Source: a virus
Taxonomy: Duplodnaviria > Caudoviricetes
Direction: 5' to 3' (one strand)
Length of the DNA: 40,747 bases
IMG/VR virus record: IMGVR_UViG_3300037457_000083
Location: 1 to 40,747 of that record
The position numbers and the translations under genes were made by a program. The notes under the pieces were generated by a model. The model saw only the letters and a program-made list of their open reading frames with translations, was not told where the DNA came from and did not search any database. Shown piece after piece: positions 33,396 through 40,747 of this stretch; position 1 is the first letter of the stretch; each line of letters begins with the position of its first letter.

Positions 33396-35960
33396 GTGCC
33401 GGCCCTGGCGCCGGAAGCGGAGCGGCTGCGTGCCCGGCTGGCCGACGACACGGTGTTGTGGGCTCGCCACTGCGCCAAGATTGTCGACCACCGGGCGCAG
33501 CTCGTGCCGTTGGCGGCGAACGCGGCCCAGTTGAAGTTCGACGCGGCGTTGGAGGGGCAGCGCGCGGCGGGCAAGCCGATGCGCGCGATCGTGCTCAAAG
33601 CACGAAAATTAGGGTTCTGTCTAGATCCGGCGACGCGTGTGCTCACGGCGGACCTGCGCTGGATTCCGATAGATGAGGCGGAGCCGGGCCAGCAGATCGT
33701 CGCGACCGACGAGGATTCCGACGGGGTGCCGGGCGGTGGCAGACGCTTGCGCCGCGGTGTCGTGGAGGCCAAGCGCGACGTTCGCGAGGAGGCGTTCGAG
33801 TTGACGATGAGCGATGGGCGCAAGCTCATCGCCACCGCCCCGCATCGCTTCTTGTGTCTTCGGCGCGGCGGGACCGAATACGTCTGGCGGACGGTCGCAA
33901 AGATGCGACCAGGGGATCGCGTCCGGTCGGTTGTTTCGCCCTGGGGCGAGTCCTCACATGACGATGGCTGGTTCGGGGGTATGATCGACGGCGAGGGCAG
34001 CTTGCGCTCCAAGGCTGGCGGGGCGTGCGGGCTGGCGGTCTACCAGCGCCCCGGCGAGGTTTACGATCGAGCGGCCAGCTACCTCAGCGAACGCGGGTAC
34101 ACGTTCGCTGAATATGAGGCGACGCGCAGTAAGCCGGCTTGGGCGCCCGGCCGCCAGCTCGTCGTATCGCGTTCGAACGAGATGCTGCGGCTCGTTGGGC
34201 AAACCCGCCCTACCCGCTTCGTGGACGGGGACTGGTGGGAGGGGCGCGCTCTGCCCGGCAAAGACGCGTCGGTGACGTGGGGCGAGGTCGCGTCGATCAA
34301 GCCGCTAGGCCGCCGCCGGATGGTCGATCTCCAGACCTCTGCCAAGACGTTCATCGCTGAGGGGTTCGTCTCCCACAACAGCACGTGGGTGCAGGCGAAG
34401 ATCATGCAGCGCGTCACCCAGCGCGAGTATCGCCGCGGGCTTGTCGTCGCGCAGGACAACGACACCGCGGGGGAGCTGTTGGCGATTGGCGAGCGGATCT
34501 GGAAGCACCTGCCCGACGACGCGCTGGGCCTTAAGCCGCAGCGGACGAACTTCCGTCGCGGCAAGGAGATGGTGTTCGGGGATCTCGATTCGACGTTCGC
34601 GGTGGACACGGCGAGGGAGGCGGAGGCGGGCCGCGGGTTCACCTACACCGATCTGCACCTGTCCGAGGTCGCGTTCTGGCCGTACTTGGAGAAGATGGCG
34701 TCGCTGCTCAACGCGGTGCCTGACGATCCCGGCACGATGGTCGTGTTGGAGTCGACCGCGAACGGGTCGAACCACTTCAAGGTGCGGTGGGACCGGGCGG
34801 TGGCGGGCGAGTCGGAGTACGTGCCGATCTTCGCGGCGTGGCATGAGGACTCCCGGTATCGGCTGTCGTTCGACTCCGACTATGAGCGCGAGCGGTTCGA
34901 GGCGGAGGTCGGTGCCGGCCCGTGGGGTGACGATGAGCCGAGGTTGGTCGAGCGGTTCGGCTGCGACTTGGAGCAGTTGCACTGGCGGCGCTACACGATC
35001 GTCGACAAGTGCGACTCGAACATCGAGCTGTTCAAGCAGGAGTATCCGGCGTCGGCCGATGAGGCGTTCGTGGCGTCTGGCAAGCAGGTGTTCTCGCCGG
35101 CGCTCGTGTCGGTCGTGATCGACCATTGCGAGCAGACCGATCCGCCCAGCTTGTCGCCGGACAATCCGGGGCCGGAGGTCGGGACGCTGGAACCGGCGGG
35201 GATGCGTTCGCGCAAGACGACGCGGGGGATGGTGGAGGTGCCGACCGGCCCGAAGTGGGTGCCGCGGCATCCGAAGCCGGCGCGGCGGGTGCGTGAGGAG
35301 GTGTGGCGGGTCTTCGAGCGCCCCCAGCCGGGTGACGGCGACCGGCCGCGCGGCCAGTACGTCGCGATGCTCGACCCGGCGGAGGGGGAGGAGACGGCGG
35401 CTGGGGAGAACGCCTACCACGCGATCACGGTCATCGACCATCGCACTAGGGCGCTGGTCGCGGAGCTGCAAACGAGGATCGACCCTGATCTCGTCGGCAT
35501 CCAGTTGTACTTGGCGGCGCTGTACTTCAACAACGCTCTGGTGTGTGTGGAGAAGACGGGCGGCTATGGGCTGTCGGTGTTGCGCCAGGTCAACCGTGAC
35601 TTCGGCTATCCGCGTGTCTACCGGCAGAAGGTGCTCGACAAGGCGAGGCAGGGCACGCCGTTCGAGGACCGGTTGGGGTGGGATACCAACCGGGCGACGA
35701 AGGCGCTGATCGAGGACGGTGTGAAGGAGTTGATCCGCAGGCAGCCGGAGGTGTTCAGGTCGCATGTTCTCGCCCACCAGTTGACGACGTACATCAAGCT
35801 CCCGAACGGCAAGACGGGGCCGGAGGAGAACGCGTTTTCGGACCTGTTGATGGCGTTCGGGGTGGCGCAGCAGGTGGCGATGGAGTGGCCGGTGCCGACG
35901 GAGGCGAAGCAAACGTCGACTTCGACGCGGCCGATCCGCAATCCGATCGCGGGGTATTGA
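33396..35960 (+). CDS. terL: terminase large subunit containing an intein
   Basis: Walker A LKARKLGF/ST, Walker B LHLSEVAF, coupling motif LESTANG, nuclease motifs MLDPAEG and FSDLLMAFG. Confidence 0.92.
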   Translation: MPALAPEAERLRARLADDTVLWARHCAKIVDHRAQLVPLAANAAQLKFDAALEGQRAAGKPMRAIVLKARKLGFCLDPATRVLTADLRWIPIDEAEPGQQIVATDEDSDGVPGGGRRLRRGVVEAKRDVREEAFELTMSDGRKLIATAPHRFLCLRRGGTEYVWRTVAKMRPGDRVRSVVSPWGESSHDDGWFGGMIDGEGSLRSKAGGACGLAVYQRPGEVYDRAASYLSERGYTFAEYEATRSKPAWAPGRQLVVSRSNEMLRLVGQTRPTRFVDGDWWEGRALPGKDASVTWGEVASIKPLGRRRMVDLQTSAKTFIAEGFVSHNSTWVQAKIMQRVTQREYRRGLVVAQDNDTAGELLAIGERIWKHLPDDALGLKPQRTNFRRGKEMVFGDLDSTFAVDTAREAEAGRGFTYTDLHLSEVAFWPYLEKMASLLNAVPDDPGTMVVLESTANGSNHFKVRWDRAVAGESEYVPIFAAWHEDSRYRLSFDSDYERERFEAEVGAGPWGDDEPRLVERFGCDLEQLHWRRYTIVDKCDSNIELFKQEYPASADEAFVASGKQVFSPALVSVVIDHCEQTDPPSLSPDNPGPEVGTLEPAGMRSRKTTRGMVEVPTGPKWVPRHPKPARRVREEVWRVFERPQPGDGDRPRGQYVAMLDPAEGEETAAGENAYHAITVIDHRTRALVAELQTRIDPDLVGIQLYLAALYFNNALVCVEKTGGYGLSVLRQVNRDFGYPRVYRQKVLDKARQGTPFEDRLGWDTNRATKALIEDGVKELIRRQPEVFRSHVLAHQLTTYIKLPNGKTGPEENAFSDLLMAFGVAQQVAMEWPVPTEAKQTSTSTRPIRNPIAGY
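33618..34379 (+). mobile_element. intein (254 aa) with LAGLIDADG-type motif
   Basis: Begins CLDPATRV, block B TAPHRF, GWFGGMIDGEGS, ends FIAEGFVSHN followed by Ser. Inserted within the Walker A motif. Confidence 0.92.
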
Positions 35961-35961
35961 G

Positions 35962-36261
35962 ATGGAGCGGCGCACGAGGGGCGGGGTGGTGTTGCCGGCG
36001 AACGTGTCGGGGGTCCGCACGCTGGCGTTTCGGTGCATGGTCTGCGGCACCGAGTTCTACGACGATGAGCAGCTCGCGTGGACGCGCCATGTGGGCCGGT
36101 GCGTGGGCCGCCACGAGCAGGAGATCCACGAGTCGGCGCCGCACAACCGTCTGCCGGGGTTCCTCGGCGACGTGAATCTGGATGTGGAGTATCAGCGGTA
36201 TGCGCGGGAGCGGCCGCGCGACTGGTATCGCGACCACAAGATCGACTGGCCGGGGGGGTAA
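35962..36261 (+). CDS. C2H/C Zn-finger hypothetical protein
   Basis: FRCMVCGTEF...HVGRC...H. Confidence 0.65.
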   Translation: MERRTRGGVVLPANVSGVRTLAFRCMVCGTEFYDDEQLAWTRHVGRCVGRHEQEIHESAPHNRLPGFLGDVNLDVEYQRYARERPRDWYRDHKIDWPGG

Positions 36262-36304
36262 GGTCCGCCGCGTGTTCTGCCATCGAAGCGATCAGAGGTA
36301 GCGG

Positions 36305-36556
36305 GTGAGTCAGGAGCCGAAGACGCGGCTGTGGGTGGTCGAGGCGGACGAGTCGGGTTACGTCGACCCGGGCGAGCTTGCGGAAATGTCGGTGAAGGTC
36401 GCGACGGTCGTGGAGATGGTTGGCGGTGTCGCGACGATCGGCGGGGATCGTGTGCAGCGCGACGACGGGCTGTGGGTGACGCGGACGGTGGTCTACCGGT
36501 GGCAGTCGTTCGTGCCCGACCAGAAGGCTGAGCCCGAGCCGGTTGCGGCGGAGTAG
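36305..36556 (+). CDS. hypothetical protein
   Basis: Good coding bias, coupled to the portal gene. Confidence 0.6.
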   Translation: MSQEPKTRLWVVEADESGYVDPGELAEMSVKVATVVEMVGGVATIGGDRVQRDDGLWVTRTVVYRWQSFVPDQKAEPEPVAAE

Positions 36557-38400
36557 TGGCGTCGTTCGACCTTGACGGTGAGGGCCAGGCGCTCCTCGAA
36601 CGGGTCCTGAACCTCCAGAACGACGCTGAGCGCCGCCACCAGAACCATCGGCGGCGGTGGGAGGACTTGTACGGCCTCTACCGCGGCCACCAGCACTTTC
36701 GGGAGTGGTATCACCAGGCGTCGGAGCCTGATCGCGACACGGGGCTGCGCGACCTCAAGCGCGAGTGGGGGGCCGAGCTGTTCATCCCCCATTCGTTCGA
36801 GACGGTTGAGCAGGTGACGCCGCGGGCGGTGTCGCAACTGCCGGTCCAGCCGTTGGGGCCGCGGTTCGACACCGAGCCGGAGAACGTCGAGAACATGCGG
36901 ATGTTGATCGAGATGCAGCGCGCGCAGATCCAGTACGAGCTGCCGTTGCAGGAGGTCGCGAAGTCGGGGTTCATCTACGGGCTGGGGGTGATGAAGGGGC
37001 CGTTCTGGCGCAAGGATGTCCGCCAGGGCTATCCGACGATCCAGGAGGGCAACCGCCATCCGTGGGTGCAGGGCAGCCGCGACCGGGTGGTGTTCGACGA
37101 CCCGGACGTGGAGGAGGTGGACATCTTCGACTTCTTCTGGGATCCGTTCGCACGGTCGATGCGCGACTGCGGCTGGGTGATCCACCGGACGTGGCGGTCG
37201 ACGGACTACTGCATGCGCAAGCTCGTCACGGGCGGCTGGTCGAACCCGTTTGGGTTCCCGCCGTCGGAGTTGATGTTCGACTCGGCCAACCATCGCTTCG
37301 ACGAGGCGCACCGCCAGCGGTTGCAGGCGGCGGGCCATGCGCAGGGGTTGGAGGGGTCGGGCCGCAACGATGTTCACGAGGTGTGGGAGTTCCATGACGG
37401 CGGCCGCAAGGTCGTGACGATCCTTGACCGCAAGGCGCCGGTGGAGGTGGCCGACGCTCCGGCGTGGCATGGCGAGTTGCCGTTCCAGGCGTTTCGGCCT
37501 ACCACGTCGGCGGTGCGGGAGCTGGTCGGGATCGGGGAGATAGAGCCGATCCGTGACTTGCAGATCGAGATGAACACGTTGCGGTCGCAGCGGCGCGACA
37601 ACGCGACGCTCGTGTTGCAGCGCACGTTCGCGTATGCGGACGGGTTCGTGGACCCGGACCAGATCCGGTTCGGGCCGGGGCTCGCGATCCCCGTCAACGG
37701 CGACCCGCGCGACCTGTTGTTCCCGATCCCGGTGCAGGACATTCCGAACTCCGGCTACCAGGAGGAGGCGCAGTTGCTCGCTGACATTGAGCGGGTGACG
37801 GGGCTGATGGAGCCGGGGACCTCCCAGTCGGAGACGGCGACGGGCGCGCAGATCATCCACCAGGCGGGGTCGGTGCGGATCCAGAACAAGGCGCGTCGGT
37901 TGATGGCGGAGGTCGTGACGCCGCAGACGAACCAGATGGTGTTGCTCAACCAGCAGCACATCGCGTCGGAGCGGCAGATGTGGCAGGAGGAGCAGAACCC
38001 GGCGCAGCCGGGGGTGCGGGGCGCGAAGTGGCGGCAGATCCAGTTGGGGCCGGCGGAACTTGCGGGCGACATGTTCGCGTTGCCGGTCGATGACGCGTCG
38101 ACGATGCCCGACAACGTGGCGCAGGACCGTGAGGACGGGATGCGGTTGTGGAACGCGTTCGCGAACAACCAGCATGTCGATCAGCGCGAGCTTGCGCGGC
38201 GGGTCGCGAAGCTGATGGGCGTCAAGCAGCCTGACCGGCTGTTGGCGCCGGAGAACCGTGTGCCGCCGGGGCTGGTCGACATCCTTGTCCAGAACGGGAT
38301 CGTGGACGAGGAGACGATGCAGAAGGCGCTTGAGCATGCGTTCGAGGTGGAGCAGGGCGAGCAGGGGGAGGCGCAGGGCGCCCAGATGGAGGCGGCGTGA
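36556..38400 (+). CDS. portal protein (P22-like/podoviral type)
   Basis: 614 aa after terL; IYGLGVMK, VDIFDFFWDP, GIGEIEPIRDLQIEMNTLRSQRRDN and ETATGAQI. Confidence 0.88.
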   Translation: MASFDLDGEGQALLERVLNLQNDAERRHQNHRRRWEDLYGLYRGHQHFREWYHQASEPDRDTGLRDLKREWGAELFIPHSFETVEQVTPRAVSQLPVQPLGPRFDTEPENVENMRMLIEMQRAQIQYELPLQEVAKSGFIYGLGVMKGPFWRKDVRQGYPTIQEGNRHPWVQGSRDRVVFDDPDVEEVDIFDFFWDPFARSMRDCGWVIHRTWRSTDYCMRKLVTGGWSNPFGFPPSELMFDSANHRFDEAHRQRLQAAGHAQGLEGSGRNDVHEVWEFHDGGRKVVTILDRKAPVEVADAPAWHGELPFQAFRPTTSAVRELVGIGEIEPIRDLQIEMNTLRSQRRDNATLVLQRTFAYADGFVDPDQIRFGPGLAIPVNGDPRDLLFPIPVQDIPNSGYQEEAQLLADIERVTGLMEPGTSQSETATGAQIIHQAGSVRIQNKARRLMAEVVTPQTNQMVLLNQQHIASERQMWQEEQNPAQPGVRGAKWRQIQLGPAELAGDMFALPVDDASTMPDNVAQDREDGMRLWNAFANNQHVDQRELARRVAKLMGVKQPDRLLAPENRVPPGLVDILVQNGIVDEETMQKALEHAFEVEQGEQGEAQGAQMEAA

Positions 38401-38543
38401 AGCCGACCCGCCGGGCGCAGCCGTATCGGCGTAGGCGGCCGCGGAAGCCGGGGAGGGCGTTGAGCGCGATGTTGCGCGGCAAGACGCTGTACGGGACGAA
38501 CCCGGTCGATGCTCGCCGCCGGCTCGCGAAGCGCCGCAAGTAG
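38397..38543 (+). CDS. 48-aa basic hypothetical protein
   Basis: GTGA overlap with the portal stop; Arg/Lys-rich. Confidence 0.4.
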   Translation: MKPTRRAQPYRRRRPRKPGRALSAMLRGKTLYGTNPVDARRRLAKRRK

Positions 38544-38577
38544 CGTCCGTCTGCCGCTACATCTACCGTTTTGCGCG

Positions 38578-38925
38578 ATGCAGACGGTAGCGTCGAAGCT
38601 CGACAAGGACCTGAAGCGGCACCAGCCGTTCGTGAAGCTGTTGCGGGGCCGCAGCTCGGAGGAGTTGTTCGAGATGGAGCGGGCGGTCGACCGGCTTGTG
38701 GAGTCGGACGGGTGGGAGGTGCTGACCTCTCTCCTGAAGGAGGCGCGTGACGACGCTCAGGCGACGCTGGTGTACGGGAAGACGCTCCCGGATGGGGCGA
38801 CCTACGCGAAGGCGTTGGGCTATCTCGGCGGCATCGAGGCCGCGGAGGCGGCCGCTGAGGCGGTGCTGATCCACGCCCGCGACTTGCAGGAGCGACTAGA
38901 GGCGGAGGTAGGACGGGATGGCTGA
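38578..38925 (+). CDS. hypothetical protein between portal and scaffold
   Basis: LVESDGWEVL motif typical of post-portal small proteins; -10 TACCGT upstream. Confidence 0.65.
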   Translation: MQTVASKLDKDLKRHQPFVKLLRGRSSEELFEMERAVDRLVESDGWEVLTSLLKEARDDAQATLVYGKTLPDGATYAKALGYLGGIEAAEAAAEAVLIHARDLQERLEAEVGRDG

Positions 38926-39595
38926 CGAGATCGAGCAGCAGGCGGCGGTAGCTGCGGCTGAGGAGCCCGTTGAGGAGCCGGTTGAGGAGGGGGGCCAGGC
39001 GGAGCCGCCTTGGCAGGACCTGATCGGCCGGATGGACACCTTCAACCAGCAGCTCGGCGCGGTCGAGCAGCGTCTCGGTCCCGGTGAGGAGCCGGAGCCG
39101 CAGCCCGACCCGATCTCCCAGTTGCTCGGCGGTGACCGTCAGGAGACGGCGCAGGGCCGCCAGGACCTGATCGACTTGATCGAGCAGCGGCCGGAGGACT
39201 TCATGTCGGCGCTGCGCGACCAGGGTCGCCAGGACATGCGCGAGGAGATCGCGCCGCTGCTTGAGGAGATCACCCAGCAGAAGCTGGCCGATCTCGAAGA
39301 CGAGTTCCCGCGTCTCGGGACGAACGATGGGGCGCAGGAGTTGATGGGGGCGGCAAGTCTGCACGCCCAGCAGTTGAGGAACCCGAACCTCGTGCGGGAC
39401 CCCGGGTTCCTTCGCATGGTCCATCTCGCCCAGTTGGGTGAGCAGGCGTTGGCGGACGAGAAGCCCGCCGGTGCCGACCAGCAGACCGCTCAGTTGGAGT
39501 CGGGTGGCGGTGCCCCCCCGGAACCCCAGCAGAACGTGTTCGAGCGTCTACACGAGAACCCGCAGAACGATGCGCTGGCGGGCTTTTTCAGCTAG
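38918..39595 (+). CDS. capsid scaffolding protein
   Basis: Acidic Glu/Gln-rich helical protein directly before the capsid gene. Confidence 0.7.
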   Translation: MADEIEQQAAVAAAEEPVEEPVEEGGQAEPPWQDLIGRMDTFNQQLGAVEQRLGPGEEPEPQPDPISQLLGGDRQETAQGRQDLIDLIEQRPEDFMSALRDQGRQDMREEIAPLLEEITQQKLADLEDEFPRLGTNDGAQELMGAASLHAQQLRNPNLVRDPGFLRMVHLAQLGEQALADEKPAGADQQTAQLESGGGAPPEPQQNVFERLHENPQNDALAGFFS

Positions 39596-39629
39596 GGCGC
39601 GCGTCAAGACCACGCGAGAGGTATGAGAG

Positions 39630-40747
39630 ATGGCAACAGTTAGTGGACAGAGAGGCACCGGCAACATCCTGTCGTCGCTCCGCAAGCCGGACATCGCTTC
39701 GATGGTCGCCGAGTTGGAGCCCGAGTCGGCGCCGCTGACGGTGCTGACGAACCGGTTGGAGAAGGCGCCGTGCGTCAACGCCGAGTTCAACTGGTTCGAG
39801 GACGACCTTGAGCCGCGGTGGGACCAGATCGACGAGGGATCCGGTTTCACGTCGGGCGACACGGTGCTGACCGTGGACAACGGCGCGTTCTTCGCCGAGC
39901 ACTATCTGGTGTGGGTTCCCCGCACGAGCGAGATGCTGCGGGTGACGGGGGTGAACGGCAACGCGATCACGGTGGTGCGTGGTGTGGGGTCGACGCCGGC
40001 GGCGTTGGTCGACGACGATCCGATCCTTGTGGTCGGGACGGCGATGATGGAGGGCGACACCTCCCGGCCGGCGCGTAGCTCGAACCCGACGAAGAAGACC
40101 AACTACACGCAGATCACGCGTACCCCGTTCGAGTCGACGGGGACGTTGATGGCGTCTCAGGAGTGGGTCGTCCCGTCGGATTGGGACCGTCAGGCCAAGC
40201 ACGGCGGGATCGAGCACGCGAAGGATCTGGAGTACATCGCGTGGTTCGGCAAGCCGTCGGAGAACACGTCTGGTGCGCATCCGAGGCGCACGTCGGGCGG
40301 GTTCTTCCACTTCGTGACGACGAACGCGCAGGACGCGCAGGGCGCGTACACGGAGGCGGAGTTCCTGACGGCGCTGCGTACGAACACCCGGTATGGGCGC
40401 AACCTGTTCGGTTTCGCTGGCCGTTTGCCGGTCGATGTGCTCAACGGGTTCCCGCGCGGCAAGCTTGAGGTGACCCAGAACGAGACGACGTACGGGATCG
40501 CGGTGATGAAGTACATCTCGCCTCACGGCACGGTGTCGATCATCACCCACGATCTGTTCGAGGAGTCGTACGCGGGCCATATCGCGTTCCTGAACCCGAG
40601 GCATGTGCGTAAGCGCTACCTCGCGAACGGCCGTGAGAACCGTGACACGCACTCCCGTCCGAACATCCAGCCCAACGACCAGGACGGTCGCAAGGACGAG
40701 CTGTTGACCGAGTGCGGTCTGGAGTTCAAGCAGGACCTTGCGCACGG
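39630..40747 (+). CDS. major capsid protein (SU10/DUF5309-like), 3'-truncated; missing from the ORF track
   Basis: Manual translation MATVSGQRGTGN...APLTVL...FNWFEDDL...TNYTQITRTPFESTGT...EHAKDLEYIAWFG...RRTSGG...LTECGLEF. Open to the window end. Confidence 0.88.
   Translation, partial: MATVSGQRGTGNILSSLRKPDIASMVAELEPESAPLTVLTNRLEKAPCVNAEFNWFEDDLEPRWDQIDEGSGFTSGDTVLTVDNGAFFAEHYLVWVPRTSEMLRVTGVNGNAITVVRGVGSTPAALVDDDPILVVGTAMMEGDTSRPARSSNPTKKTNYTQITRTPFESTGTLMASQEWVVPSDWDRQAKHGGIEHAKDLEYIAWFGKPSENTSGAHPRRTSGGFFHFVTTNAQDAQGAYTEAEFLTALRTNTRYGRNLFGFAGRLPVDVLNGFPRGKLEVTQNETTYGIAVMKYISPHGTVSIITHDLFEESYAGHIAFLNPRHVRKRYLANGRENRDTHSRPNIQPNDQDGRKDELLTECGLEFKQDLAH

Overview
This window is most of a circularly permuted, very GC-rich temperate tailed-phage genome, probably podovirus-like with an Actinomycetota host (inferred from GC content, leaderless TAnnnT promoters and TTGTCCACA-type DnaA boxes). 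Gene order: tail and internal virion genes (1-9756), lysis cassette (9782-11611), a long early operon with an Xis-like HTH, Rad52/Sak-like annealase, PD-(D/E)XK exonuclease, HNH proteins, many small ORFs and an atypical tRNA(GCT) (11662-25648), RuvC-like resolvase and a degenerate RepB'-like primase (25690-27928), a highly structured ~360 nt non-coding element (28086-28445), possible terS and pac region, a lysogeny module (RHH protein, repressor, Xis, tyrosine integrase, attP-like site), then intein-containing TerL, portal, scaffold and a truncated major capsid gene. I recognise no helicase, helicase loader, initiator or polymerase. The most striking observation is an intergenic segment at 7919-8031 that reads like a miniature bacterial oriC: phased DnaA-box-like 9-mers, a perfect TTGTCCACA box, a GC-rich linker and DnaA-trio repeats. 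All functional calls come from reading motifs by eye; no database searches were run.
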